64,000 bases of DNA from an uncultured Clostridia bacterium (GCA_944384445.1 CALWTL010000001.1:27622-91621), one strand, 5' to 3'; positions 10,313 to 20,974 are shown, counted from the stretch's first letter. The notes: a model not told the origin generated them from the sequence alone. A program made the numbers and translations.

Positions 10313-13300
10313 CTAATTAGCTCTTTTCATTTTTATATTAATCTTTTCATCAGCGATTAAACATTCTTCTTCAATTTCAGGATTTGATATTTCTTTTATA
10401 TCTAAAGCCAATAATTCACTTTTAATTTTTCCATTGTATTTTGATATTATTTCTTTTAAATCTTCGCTATCTGTTGACAACTCTATATATATTCTGTCCT
10501 CAACATTAAATTTTGATTTTTTTCTTAATATTTGAGCTGCTCTAATTAATTCACGTGATAAACCTTCAAGCATCAAATCTCTGTCAATAGTGATATCAAG
10601 AACTACTGTAATATCACTATCACTTGCTATTACAAATTCTTTTTTAGGTTTTGTTGAAATATTGAATAATGTACTATCTAGATTTTTGAATGGTCCTACA
10701 TTTACTTTGCCATTTTTAAATTCTTTTACCATATCAGCCATTTCCATATCATTTGCTGAATTGAGTAGCTCTTTAACTTTTTGCACATCACCTTTTAGCA
10801 CTGCACCTGCTTTTCTAAAATCTAAAACTAAAAATTCTATATTGAATTTTGAATTATCATGCTCCATAATGACATTTTTTATATTTAATTCACTTTCTAT
10901 AATGTCTTTATAAATTTCCACAGCTTGTGCAACGTCACTATTCCCATTAATATACATTGTTTTTAATGGTTGTTTCACCTTAATTTGATTTTCATTTCTT
11001 AATTTACTAGCAAGTGTAAAGATATTTCTCACTATATCCGTTTTATGTGTCAAGCCTGTATCTTTCACTTTATATTCATTTAACAAATATCCATGTAAAG
11101 CTACACTTTCTTCAGCATTTTTATCTAATACGCGTACTGAATTTTGCCACAAATATTCACTAATAAAAGGAATTATTGAAAACATTACCATACTTATATT
11201 TTTTATAGCATAGTTTAAACAGAAATATGCATTTAATGTATCCAAATTATTTTCGCTTTTATAAAATCTTCTTCTGTTATTACGAATATACCAATTTGTC
11301 AATTCATCTACTAATATTTCAAAATCTTTTGCCACTGCACCAAAATTTTGATGTGAATATGCCACATATGAATTATTAACAAATTCATTAACACGATTTA
11401 TCAACCATTTATCAATAAATGTTAATTCATCTTCTTTAGGATTGTAGTTTGTCAAATCAGGATTGTCAATGCATGCATAAGTATTCAAGAAAATATAAGC
11501 ATTCCATAAACCTAAAAGTTTTCTCTTAACTTCATCACATGTATCACGTCCAAATTTAACATCATTAATTAATGGAGTATTTACAAAATTATACCTTATA
11601 ATGTCTGCACCAATTTCTTCAAAAGCAGTATCAAGTGGAATATTATTAGGACTAGATTTAGATAATTTTTTACCATCTTGAGCAAGAAGCATAGGAGTTG
11701 TTGCTATCTTTTTATAAGGAGCTTTTCCTGTAATTACAACGCTCATTACAAGCAAAGAATAAAACCATAATCTAATCTGCTCTTTTCCTTCAATAACACA
11801 TTCTGCTGGGAAATTTTTATTAAAAAATTCTTTATCTGTAAAATATTTATTTGTACTAAAAGGAGTAATTCCAGCATCTAACCAGGCATCTCCTACTTCT
11901 TTAATTCTCTCTACTTGATTTCCACAATTTGGACAAGTAATTTTTACATCATCAATGTATGGTCTATGAAGATGTGGAATTTTTTCTACTACTTCTTTGC
12001 TAGACAAATTTTTTAATTCTTCAATAGAACCTACGACCGTAAGTTTTCCACAATGTTTACAAACATAAAAAGGTAAAGGCAAGCCATAATATCTTGAACG
12101 AGATATAGCCCAATCTCCCATATTGTTTAACCAATCTAGCATACGTTTTTTCATAAAGTCAGGTTGAAATTCTACATTTTCAATTGCTCTAATCAAGTCT
12201 GGTCTTATCTCATCCATTTTTATTACCCATTGGTTAATCAATCTGAAAACCAAAGGATGTTTACATCTCCAACAATGAGGATATCTATGTGTGTATTTGT
12301 GGATATAATAAGTTTTACCTTTTTCTTTCATTAATTCAAAAATAAAATCTCGAGTTTCATCACAGTTTGCATTCTTTTTTGCTAGTATACCAAAATCATC
12401 ATAATAATTACCCGCTTCGTCAATAGGAATTACATTTTTAAGACCTAATTTTTTACCAAGTTCGAAGTCTTCTGCTCCACATCCAGGTGCTATATGTACA
12501 GCACCACTACCTTCAGTTGCATCAACCGCGTCCCATGAAACTATTTTATGTGAAAATTGTTGTGATTTTAATTCAGGAAAACAAGTTTCATATTCCATTC
12601 CAACAAGTTCACTTCCTTTGATTGTCTTAATAACTTGTATCACATCATCTTTTAGTACTTTTATGGCACTGCTACAAACTATAATATTTCTATTGCTAGA
12701 TTTAACTTTGACAATATCGTATTCTAGTTCTGGATTTACTGCTATTGCAACATTTGCAGCTAATGTCCATGGCGTTGTCGTCCATACTAACATATCATAA
12801 TTGGTATTTTTTATTGGACATTTGAAAAATATAGCTAAACAAGTGACATCTTTGTATGCGTCCGCGTCGCTCATTTCGTGTTCGCTAAGACTTGTCCCAC
12901 ATCTAGTACACCAAGGCATTGGTTTATATGAAAGTTGAATCCAATTTTTTTCATTACATTTTTTCAAAAAATACCAAATAGCAGTAATGTTTTCATCACT
13001 ATTAGTATAATAACTATCATCCCAATTCATCCATTGCCCCAAACGAATTGAAGATTTAGTTTGACTAGCGGAATATTTTTTAACAGTATTCATACATTCG
13101 CGAACAAAATTTTCAATACCATATATTTCAATCTCTCGTTTACTATCAATACCTAATTCTTTTTCAACTCTAGTTTCAACTGGTAATCCATGAGCATCAA
13201 AACCATTTTGAAAATGTTCATCACAACCACACATTGCTTGAAATTTTATCATCGCATCTTTAAATGTTCTACCATACGCATGATGTAAGCCCATATTATA

Positions 13301-13453
13301 GTTAGCTGTAATTGGTCCGTCAAGAGTGGCAAAATATTTTCCAGTAGTTTTATTTTTAGTTTTCATTTTATTAAAGATGTCATTATTTTGCCAAAACTTT
13401 AAAATTTCTTCTTCCATTTTAACATAATTGAGGTTTGCATTTTCTTTTTTCAT
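10313..13453 (-). CDS. ileS: Isoleucine--tRNA ligase
   Basis: Roughly 1046-aa class I aaRS with an HHAYG (HIGH-like) motif, KLSKS (KMSKS) motif and a CP1 editing insertion. The ATG at 13453 follows GGGAGA, so it is preferred over the TTG at 13498. Confidence 0.95.
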   Translation of the reverse strand: MKKENANLNYVKMEEEILKFWQNNDIFNKMKTKNKTTGKYFATLDGPITANYNMGLHHAYGRTFKDAMIKFQAMCGCDEHFQNGFDAHGLPVETRVEKELGIDSKREIEIYGIENFVRECMNTVKKYSASQTKSSIRLGQWMNWDDSYYTNSDENITAIWYFLKKCNEKNWIQLSYKPMPWCTRCGTSLSEHEMSDADAYKDVTCLAIFFKCPIKNTNYDMLVWTTTPWTLAANVAIAVNPELEYDIVKVKSSNRNIIVCSSAIKVLKDDVIQVIKTIKGSELVGMEYETCFPELKSQQFSHKIVSWDAVDATEGSGAVHIAPGCGAEDFELGKKLGLKNVIPIDEAGNYYDDFGILAKKNANCDETRDFIFELMKEKGKTYYIHKYTHRYPHCWRCKHPLVFRLINQWVIKMDEIRPDLIRAIENVEFQPDFMKKRMLDWLNNMGDWAISRSRYYGLPLPFYVCKHCGKLTVVGSIEELKNLSSKEVVEKIPHLHRPYIDDVKITCPNCGNQVERIKEVGDAWLDAGITPFSTNKYFTDKEFFNKNFPAECVIEGKEQIRLWFYSLLVMSVVITGKAPYKKIATTPMLLAQDGKKLSKSSPNNIPLDTAFEEIGADIIRYNFVNTPLINDVKFGRDTCDEVKRKLLGLWNAYIFLNTYACIDNPDLTNYNPKEDELTFIDKWLINRVNEFVNNSYVAYSHQNFGAVAKDFEILVDELTNWYIRNNRRRFYKSENNLDTLNAYFCLNYAIKNISMVMFSIIPFISEYLWQNSVRVLDKNAEESVALHGYLLNEYKVKDTGLTHKTDIVRNIFTLASKLRNENQIKVKQPLKTMYINGNSDVAQAVEIYKDIIESELNIKNVIMEHDNSKFNIEFLVLDFRKAGAVLKGDVQKVKELLNSANDMEMADMVKEFKNGKVNVGPFKNLDSTLFNISTKPKKEFVIASDSDITVVLDITIDRDLMLEGLSRELIRAAQILRKKSKFNVEDRIYIELSTDSEDLKEIISKYNGKIKSELLALDIKEISNPEIEEECLIADEKINIKMKRAN

Positions 13454-13502
13454 AAATTCTCCCAAATCTAAATTCGAATAATTAACATTCACGTTCAAAT
13501 TA

Positions 13503-13560
13503 TTTTTAAAAAATGTCAGCGCTTGCTGACATTTACCAATTTAACAGCAAAACGCTCATC
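13503..13560 (-). promoter_or_regulatory. ileS leader attenuator (terminator/antiterminator, possibly a reduced T-box)
   Basis: On the minus strand, the hairpin TGTCAGC-AAGC-GCTGACA is followed by TTTTTT. Upstream GAGCGTTTTGCTG can pair alternatively with CAGCAAGCGCT. The intervening segment contains TGGT. Confidence 0.5.
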
Positions 13561-13618
13561 AATTTTTTGATGATATAATTATATTGCTGATAATAATGGC
13601 ATTTAATTTCATATTTAA

Positions 13619-13647
13619 ATTATATCATACAGAAAAATCATTGTCAA
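13619..13647 (-). promoter_or_regulatory. Sigma-A type promoter of ileS
   Basis: The minus strand reads TTGACA, 17 nt, TATAAT. Confidence 0.6.
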
Positions 13648-13826
13648 ACATGTTAAATAAATAATATAAAATTAATCAAATAATCTATCGCATAAAAAAT
13701 AAAATTTTAGTTTCTAATGTAAATAACATTTTATATAAAAATTAATATTAATAAAGATTATTTAAAAATTTTCTATATAAAGTTTTTATTTAACAATAAA
13801 AATTTTTAATAAAAAAATATTTTTTA

Positions 13827-13855
13827 TTGACATAAATAAAATATTATGTTATAAT
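13827..13855 (+). promoter_or_regulatory. Sigma-A type promoter of the ABC-2 transporter operon
   Basis: TTGACA, 17 nt, TATAAT, with TG upstream of the -10. Confidence 0.6.
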
Positions 13856-13965
13856 TAATTGTTTTCGTGTTTATGCAAATATAAAATTTTATAAGAATTT
13901 TCTCATTTATTTTACCTTAAATTATTGATTTCTTATAACATCAAAAATCAAAAAAGGAGGTATTT

Positions 13966-14955
13966 ATGTCAAAAATCATAGAATTTACTAACATTTGCAA
14001 ACAATTTAAAATTCCAGAAAAGAAAAATGGAAAATGGTCATTTCTATCCAACTTCTTCAAAAGAAAATACAAAATTATACAAGCATTAGACAACATTAAC
14101 TTTTCAATAAATGAAGGAGATATAGTTGGATATATTGGACCAAATGGTGCAGGTAAAAGCACAACAATCAAAATTATGAGTGGTATACTCACTCCAACAA
14201 GTGGAGAATGTATCATCAATGGATACATTCCATGGAAAAGCCGAAAAGAATATGTAAAAAATATTGGAGTTGTTTTCGGACAACGTTCACAATTATGGTG
14301 GGATGTTCCAGTTATAGACAGTTTTGAATTATTAAAAGATATTTACAAAATTAGTGATGAAGAATACAAAGAAACATTAAATATTTTAAACAAAGCATTA
14401 AATTTAGAAGAATTATTATCTAGACCGCTAAGACAATTATCTCTAGGACAAAAAATGAAATGTGAGTTAGCAGGTTCACTGCTTCACAAGCCTAAAATAT
14501 TATTTTTAGATGAACCAACCATTGGTTTAGATGCAGTCACTAAATTAGCAGTACGCGATTTTGTTAAATACATAAATAAAGTATGGAATACTACAATTAT
14601 ATTAACTACCCATGATATGAATGATATAGAAGCATTAACGAATAAAATAATCTTAATTGGAAAAGGAAAAATTTTATATAATGGTAGTTTTGATAATATA
14701 AAACACCAATATGCTAATGAAAAAATTATTCAAGTTGAATTTACTAAACCTTACGAAAATGTTTATTTAGACGGCTACGAATTAATTTCTCACGAAAAAA
14801 ACGTAGCAACTTTTAAAACTTTAAACAACACAGAATTTCATACCAAATCATTTCTGAATGAAATAAGTCAAAAATACGATATAGTAGACTTTTCTATAAA
14901 CTCATTAAGTGTAGATGAAATTTTAGCTCGTCTATACAAAGAGTACAAATTATAG
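13966..14955 (+). CDS. ABC transporter ATP-binding protein
   Basis: Walker A GPNGAGKST, signature LSLGQKMK, Walker B ILFLDEPT. RBS GGAGG. Confidence 0.85.
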   Translation: MSKIIEFTNICKQFKIPEKKNGKWSFLSNFFKRKYKIIQALDNINFSINEGDIVGYIGPNGAGKSTTIKIMSGILTPTSGECIINGYIPWKSRKEYVKNIGVVFGQRSQLWWDVPVIDSFELLKDIYKISDEEYKETLNILNKALNLEELLSRPLRQLSLGQKMKCELAGSLLHKPKILFLDEPTIGLDAVTKLAVRDFVKYINKVWNTTIILTTHDMNDIEALTNKIILIGKGKILYNGSFDNIKHQYANEKIIQVEFTKPYENVYLDGYELISHEKNVATFKTLNNTEFHTKSFLNEISQKYDIVDFSINSLSVDEILARLYKEYKL

Positions 14956-14965
14956 GAGATGTAAT

Positions 14966-15766
14966 ATGAAAAATATAAATATAAGCATCTTTAAAATGCA
15001 ATTTAAAAAAGAGTTGCAATATAGAGCAAAAGCAATATCAGGAATAACAACACAATTTTTTTGGGGAATAATGTATATATGTTTATATACGGCCTTTATG
15101 TCTTCTGAATTAATTAATGGTTTTACTATAACTCAAATGGCTGCTTATATATGGCTTGGACAAGCATTTTTCTCATTGCGATATCCAGGAATGCATTCAA
15201 ATGCTGGATATGAAATTGAACAAGGCAATGTGTGTTATAAATTTACAAGACCTATAAATTTATATAATCAATGGTATTATGAATATTTAGGTGAAAAATT
15301 AGCATCAGCTTTACTTAGATTTTTACCTATAATAATTATTTCTATACTTTTACCTACAAACTATGGATTATCAATGCCTGTTAATTTTTCTTCTTTTATA
15401 TTGTTCATTGTCAGTTTAATAATAGGTTGTCTATTGTGTGTCTCTATATCAATGTTTTCAATTTACTTTACTTTTGTCACTCTTTCACAAAAAGGAACAG
15501 CAACAATAATAGTTGCAATTTCAAATTTATTAGGTGGTTCAATTATACCTATACCTTTAATGCCTAATTCAGTACAAAATGTATTAAATTTTTTACCTTT
15601 TAGATACATATCAGATTTACCATTTAGAATATACATCGGTAATATTGGAATAACTGATGGTTTAATACAAATAGGTATAAGTTTATTTTGGTTAGTCACA
15701 ACAATTCTTATTGGTAAAATTTTAATAAAAAAAGCCTTAAAGAAGACGGTTATTCAAGGGGGTTAA
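14966..15766 (+). CDS. ABC-2 family transporter permease
   Basis: 266-aa protein with 6 TM helices, immediately after the ATPase. Confidence 0.7.
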   Translation: MKNINISIFKMQFKKELQYRAKAISGITTQFFWGIMYICLYTAFMSSELINGFTITQMAAYIWLGQAFFSLRYPGMHSNAGYEIEQGNVCYKFTRPINLYNQWYYEYLGEKLASALLRFLPIIIISILLPTNYGLSMPVNFSSFILFIVSLIIGCLLCVSISMFSIYFTFVTLSQKGTATIIVAISNLLGGSIIPIPLMPNSVQNVLNFLPFRYISDLPFRIYIGNIGITDGLIQIGISLFWLVTTILIGKILIKKALKKTVIQGG

Positions 15767-15767
15767 A

Positions 15768-16547
15768 ATGTTATATAATAAATATTTAAAAATGCATCTT
15801 AAATCATCACTTGAGTATAAAGCAAATACTATATTCTTATCTATGGCTCAGGCGTTAATATTTATAGGTGAGATATTAGGAGTCTGGTTATTATTTTTGA
15901 AATTTGAAGCTGTAGGAGAATGGGGATTTTACGATTCACTTCTAATGTCAGGTGTTGTTATGACTTCATTTTCATTAATGGAATGCTTTGCTAGGGGTTA
16001 TGATGAATTCCCAAATTTAATAAAAAATGGAACTTTAGATAGATTACTAGTACGTCCTGTAAATATACATTATCAACTTTTAGGTGCGAAAATAGAATTT
16101 TCAAAATTTTTAAGAATAATTCTTGGAATAACTGTGAGTATAATAGCAATAATTAACATGAATATCAATTGGAATATACTTAAAATAATTGTTCTTATTT
16201 CAATGTATTTAAGTGGATGCATAATAATTTTTGGTTTGATGATTTTATGCGCAGGAATAAGTATATATACTATTGAAAATTTAGAGTTTACAAATATTAT
16301 TACAAACGGTAGTAAAGAATTAGCTTATTACCCTATAAATATATATAAAAAATGGTTAACCAGAATATTTACTTTCATAATACCGATTGCATGCTTTAAT
16401 TATCTTCCTTTGTCATTTTTGCTTGAAACTGGTTCAATCCCACTTTGGTTGTGTGGTATTTCACCATTTTTAGGTATGTTATTTATTATTCCATGTTTAA
16501 TATTTTTTAATTTTAGTTTAAAAAAATATCAAGGTACTGGAACGTAA
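15768..16547 (+). CDS. ABC-2 family transporter permease
   Basis: 259-aa protein with 6 TM helices, 1 nt after the previous permease. This is the three-gene ATPase plus two-permease layout. Confidence 0.7.
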   Translation: MLYNKYLKMHLKSSLEYKANTIFLSMAQALIFIGEILGVWLLFLKFEAVGEWGFYDSLLMSGVVMTSFSLMECFARGYDEFPNLIKNGTLDRLLVRPVNIHYQLLGAKIEFSKFLRIILGITVSIIAIINMNINWNILKIIVLISMYLSGCIIIFGLMILCAGISIYTIENLEFTNIITNGSKELAYYPINIYKKWLTRIFTFIIPIACFNYLPLSFLLETGSIPLWLCGISPFLGMLFIIPCLIFFNFSLKKYQGTGT

Positions 16548-16618
16548 ATAATTAGATAAAAATAAAAAGAACTAAATCTAAATTGATAAAGTTCTTTTTT
16601 ATTTATCAAATTTTTATT

Positions 16619-18673
16619 TTAAATATTTTCTGCAACTTCCCATGCTCTCCAAACGACTGTTCTTAAATTTCCAACTTTTAAAGCATCTCCTACTATATGA
16701 ACGTGTTTGCTTTCTTTCGTAATTGGGGAAGGATTATAACCGATTGCTGTTATTACATTGTCAATTTTTTCAACATGTTCATTACCTTCTTTATCAACAA
16801 TAGTAATTGTTTGATTAGTAATTTCTTTTACGCTACTTTCAAGATAAACAGGAATATTATTATGCTTAAAATAATCACGAAGATATGATGAATTAGCAAG
16901 GCAAAGTCCACGTTCCGCCATCAAATCTTGTTTTGTTTCTATGATAATTGGTTTTTTGTTATTCAAACATAATTCATATGCTATTTCACAGCCCGTTAAT
17001 CCGCCACCAATTATTGCGACGCTTTTACCAACTTCTTTAGTTTTATTTAAAAATTCTAACGCTTCAATAGCATTTTCTATACCTTTGATATTTAGTTTTT
17101 TTGCGACTGAACCAGTAGCAATAACAATTTCATCAGCATCAAGCGCTGAGACATCTTTTATTTCAGTATTATATTTTACTTCAATATTTAATTTATCAAT
17201 TTGACGACGATACCAATCTAATAACTTTCTATCTCTTTCTTTAAATGACATTGCACTAGCAGGAATGAACACTCCACCAAGTTTATCTGTTTTTTCATAG
17301 ATTGTCACTTTATGACCACGAATTGTTGCGATTCGTGCTACTTCCATACCTCCTACACCACCACCAATGACTGCAACTTTTTTAATTTTTTTAGCAGGTT
17401 TAATATCATATTTGCCAGCATCCATAGTTGTAGGATTTAATGCACACCTTGACATATGCTTTGAATCCCCCATACTTTGGTCATTAGCTACACCTTTATA
17501 ATGTGCCATGGTTAGGCAAGCATTGTGACAATAAATACATGGTTGAATATCTTCTAATCTATCTTCCATTAATTTGGTCACCCAATGACTATCAGTTAAA
17601 AACTGTCGTGCCACACCCATAGCATCAATTTTACCATCTTTAATTGCTTTTGCAGCAACATCAGGTTCCATTTTTCCTGCACATACAACAGGAATATCAA
17701 CATAATTTTTAATATGAGCAACATCGTCAAGATTACAATTTTTTGGCATATACAGAGGAGGATGTGCCCAATACCATGCATCATAAGTACCATTATCTGC
17801 ATCTAACATATCATATCCTGCTTCTTGAAGGTATTTAGCAGCTATTTCACTTTCTTTCATGTTTCTACCTATCTCTGTGAATTTTTCACCAGGAAGAGCA
17901 CCTTCGCAGAAATCGCGTGTTTTGCTAACAACTGAATAACGTAAAGTGACAGGATAATCTTTTCCACAAACTGTTTTAATAGCTTTCACAATTTCAACAG
18001 GAAAACGATATCTATTTTCAAATGAACCACCATATTCATCTGTACGATGATTTGTATATTCAAGAGTAAACTGATCAAGCAAATATCCCTCATGGACTGC
18101 ATGAATTTCAACACCATCAACACCTGCATCTTTTAGCAATTTTGAAGTTAATGCAAAAGCTTTTATCATATCTTTTATTTCTTTAACTGTTATTTCCCTA
18201 CATTGATAATCTTCAAGCCAACGAGAAGGAAGTTTGCTAGGAGAGGCACAAAGATATGGAAGATTTATAATTGGTTTTAAAATTGATGACAAAAATTTAT
18301 TTTTAATGATTGGTGCCATTGAATTAGGAATAGAAAAAGACCTACCAAAGCCCGCAGTTAATTGAACAATCATTTTTGCACCAGTTTTATGAAATTCGTC
18401 CATATACTTTTTTAATTGTTTAAACATACTTTTCTTTTTATAAAGCCATTGACCACCAATTAAATTTTTTAAAGGTGCAATTCCCGGTATAATTAGTCCG
18501 ACATTATTTTTTGCTAAGTCCATGAAAAAATCACACGCATCTTTATCTAAATGATGTGGCTCCATCCAGCCAAACAAAGATGTACCTCCCATAGGACATA
18601 AAACAATTCTATTTTTAATTTCTAAATTGCCAATTTTCCATGGTGTAAATAATGATTCATATTTTTTATCCAT
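16619..18673 (-). CDS. Old-yellow-enzyme family FMN/FAD oxidoreductase (2,4-dienoyl-CoA/enoate reductase-like)
   Basis: N-terminal OYE TIM barrel, Cys cluster CIYCHNAC...C, and two dinucleotide folds VIGGGVGGME and IIGGGLTGCE. Confidence 0.8.
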   Translation of the reverse strand: MDKKYESLFTPWKIGNLEIKNRIVLCPMGGTSLFGWMEPHHLDKDACDFFMDLAKNNVGLIIPGIAPLKNLIGGQWLYKKKSMFKQLKKYMDEFHKTGAKMIVQLTAGFGRSFSIPNSMAPIIKNKFLSSILKPIINLPYLCASPSKLPSRWLEDYQCREITVKEIKDMIKAFALTSKLLKDAGVDGVEIHAVHEGYLLDQFTLEYTNHRTDEYGGSFENRYRFPVEIVKAIKTVCGKDYPVTLRYSVVSKTRDFCEGALPGEKFTEIGRNMKESEIAAKYLQEAGYDMLDADNGTYDAWYWAHPPLYMPKNCNLDDVAHIKNYVDIPVVCAGKMEPDVAAKAIKDGKIDAMGVARQFLTDSHWVTKLMEDRLEDIQPCIYCHNACLTMAHYKGVANDQSMGDSKHMSRCALNPTTMDAGKYDIKPAKKIKKVAVIGGGVGGMEVARIATIRGHKVTIYEKTDKLGGVFIPASAMSFKERDRKLLDWYRRQIDKLNIEVKYNTEIKDVSALDADEIVIATGSVAKKLNIKGIENAIEALEFLNKTKEVGKSVAIIGGGLTGCEIAYELCLNNKKPIIIETKQDLMAERGLCLANSSYLRDYFKHNNIPVYLESSVKEITNQTITIVDKEGNEHVEKIDNVITAIGYNPSPITKESKHVHIVGDALKVGNLRTVVWRAWEVAENI

Positions 18674-18887
18674 ATAAATATTAACTCCTTATGTATTTTA
18701 AAATAAGGATAAAATAATTATAAAAAAATGTCAATTAATTATAAATAATAGTCAGAATGAAAAATTTTTTGTAAAAATTAAAAATAATAATTAATATTTT
18801 ATATTTAATTATTGTTTATAAATTTAATAATAAAAAAAATACTAAATTTAATTTAGTATTTTTAATATTTATAATATTTGATTAAAA

Positions 18888-19796
18888 TTATATTTTTAAA
18901 TTATTAATTGTTGTTTTTAATAACTTTAATGATTTGTTAAAATCATCTTGCTCTTCTTTAGGCATGTTCAAATAATTATAATCTTTTACTCCATTGCGAT
19001 TAATTATTGTAGGATATCCAATTGTGCATTTTAACTTATCTATATATGTTGAAACAGTAAAAATTGTGTTAGAATTATCAAAGATTGCATCTGTTATATT
19101 TTTTAAACACATACCAATTCCATAGGCTGTATTTCCTTTTTTGTTAATAATTTCGTAAGCACTATTTCTAACGTTTTTTAATATTTTATTTTTAGTTGAT
19201 TTATTTAAATATTTATCTACGCTATTTAGACCAATTCTTGCAGTACTCCACGGAATCATCTCACTATCACCGTGTTCTCCGATAACATAAGCATGTATAT
19301 TTTTAGGATTAATATCCAATTGTTCACTTATCAAAAATCTTAGTCGTGCAGTATCTAAAGTAGTACCACTTCCAATTACTCTATTTGCTGGAAAATTTGA
19401 TAATTTCATAGTGACATAAGTCATAATATCAAGTGGATTAGTGGCAATTAAATATATACCATTAAATTTTGTTTTATTTATTTCATTAATAATTGACTTA
19501 AATACAGAAATATTTTTTTCAATAAGGTCTAATCTTGTTTCTCCAATGTCTTGATTTTTACCTGCTGATATACAAACAATGTCCGCATCATTACATTCTG
19601 AATAATCTCCTGCTTTTATCTTGATTTTTCTTTTTGAACAACTTGAAGCATGCATCAAATCAAGTGCCTCTCCTAAAGCTTTATCTTTATTAATATCTAT
19701 TAAAACTAATTCATCTACATTACTGGCAGAATTGACTAAACAAAAAGCATAACTCATTCCTACATTTCCACATCCTACTAATACTACTTTATTCAT
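18888..19796 (-). CDS. ldh: L-lactate dehydrogenase
   Basis: VGCGNVGMSYAF Rossmann fold and IGEHGDS catalytic motif. GAGGAG lies 4 nt before the ATG at 19796. Confidence 0.85.
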   Translation of the reverse strand: MNKVVLVGCGNVGMSYAFCLVNSASNVDELVLIDINKDKALGEALDLMHASSCSKRKIKIKAGDYSECNDADIVCISAGKNQDIGETRLDLIEKNISVFKSIINEINKTKFNGIYLIATNPLDIMTYVTMKLSNFPANRVIGSGTTLDTARLRFLISEQLDINPKNIHAYVIGEHGDSEMIPWSTARIGLNSVDKYLNKSTKNKILKNVRNSAYEIINKKGNTAYGIGMCLKNITDAIFDNSNTIFTVSTYIDKLKCTIGYPTIINRNGVKDYNYLNMPKEEQDDFNKSLKLLKTTINNLKI

Positions 19797-20229
19797 GCAT
19801 CTCCTCATTTAAATTATTTTGAATTTTTGTTTCTTTTAAAATCATGTATGACCTAATTGTTGCAATTATAAACATAACTGTTGGTATTAACAGTATCATA
19901 GCAAATCTCAAACCAGAAAACTTAAAATTAACTAAAACTCCAAAAGCAATTGGAACAATTAATGATAGTACAGATGAAATTAATAAAATTACAAAAGCCG
20001 TTTTTTTAAATTTAAAATTCAACGATGCACCTACAATCACTAACACCGCTAAAAAATAATTAATAAAAGTTATAAATATATACCACTTTGGTATACTATT
20101 ATTAGTCATAGATACAAACGTTGCAATTAATGTAAAAGCAACTGTACTAACAAAAGATAAAAAAATTAAAATTAAACTCGCAATAATTATAAAAATCAAA
20201 TTTGCTTTTAATAATTCTTTATTATACAT
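19789..20229 (-). CDS. Small 4-TM membrane protein, unknown function
   Basis: 146-aa hydrophobic ORF whose stop overlaps the ldh start by 8 nt. Confidence 0.5.
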   Translation of the reverse strand: MYNKELLKANLIFIIIASLILIFLSFVSTVAFTLIATFVSMTNNSIPKWYIFITFINYFLAVLVIVGASLNFKFKKTAFVILLISSVLSLIVPIAFGVLVNFKFSGLRFAMILLIPTVMFIIATIRSYMILKETKIQNNLNEEMHE

Positions 20230-20289
20230 ACTTTTATTATATCACAAAAATTAATAATATCAAATAAAATTAATAATTATAAAAGTTTT

Positions 20290-20826
20290 TTATGAAATTT
20301 GGTCACTTAAATATTTGCTAAATGCTTTACAAATTTTCACACTACTGTCATCAAAACATTTATTTTCTAAAGCCAATATTATTATTGCGCCTATTGCATC
20401 GCCATCTTTTACTATTGGAACAATTAACTGACATGAAAATTCATTTTCTGTATTTACAAAAAAGTTAAGCATATCACTTCCATCATCTTTTTTCTTAACA
20501 ACAATTTCTTTTTTATAAATTAATTCTTGAACTTCTTCGCTCAACTCTTTATTTATGTATTTCTTTTTGCTTGAAGATAAAATTTTTTCCATATCAGAAA
20601 TTAATACATCATGTTCTATACTGACTGATATAGCATTCGCAACCGCATCGCTATATTCTTTCAAAGATACCATATCACTATATTTAGTCAACAAAAATTT
20701 ATTACCATCAACAATTCCAATTTCTAATTTACTACCTTCTCGAACATTAAGCATTTTTCTCATTTCTCTTGGCAAAACAATTCTTCCCAATTCATCTACT
20801 CTTCTAACTATTCCTTTAGATTCCAT
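20290..20826 (-). CDS. spoVT: Stage V sporulation protein T (AbrB-family regulator with GAF-like domain)
   Basis: The N-terminus GIVRRVDELGRIVLPREMRKMLNVREGSKLEI is a SpoVT/AbrB swapped-hairpin motif. The 178-aa length matches SpoVT. Confidence 0.85.
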   Translation of the reverse strand: MESKGIVRRVDELGRIVLPREMRKMLNVREGSKLEIGIVDGNKFLLTKYSDMVSLKEYSDAVANAISVSIEHDVLISDMEKILSSSKKKYINKELSEEVQELIYKKEIVVKKKDDGSDMLNFFVNTENEFSCQLIVPIVKDGDAIGAIIILALENKCFDDSSVKICKAFSKYLSDQIS

Positions 20827-20841
20827 AATAACTCCTATAAT

Positions 20842-20870
20842 TAGTATGGAATTTTAATCAAATATTATTC
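20842..20870 (-). promoter_or_regulatory. Forespore-type (sigma-G-like) promoter of spoVT
   Basis: The minus strand reads TGAATA, 17 nt, CATACTA just upstream of the AGGAG RBS. This matches the sigma-G consensus GHATR-17/18-CATXHTA. Confidence 0.5.
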
Positions 20871-20974
20871 AAACACTTAGAATTTCACAATATAATAAAA
20901 ATTATAAAATAAATTTATCATTTTTATTTTTAATTAATAATTTTTTTATAATTTTAAAAAATAATATAACTAGC

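Noticed and set aside
10590-12800. Plus-strand ORFs (10590-10913, 12618-12800) inside ileS. Similar antisense ORFs lie inside the VirB4-like, VirB6-like, ftsH, mfd, OYE reductase and tyrS genes (for example 21095-21613, 24213-24812, 43925-44491, 45449-45796, 48031-48450).
   Set aside because: They lie wholly antisense to long genes that have strong motif support. They lack RBSs and have low-complexity Ser/Leu/Phe/Ile-rich translations typical of the mirror frames of AT-rich genes.
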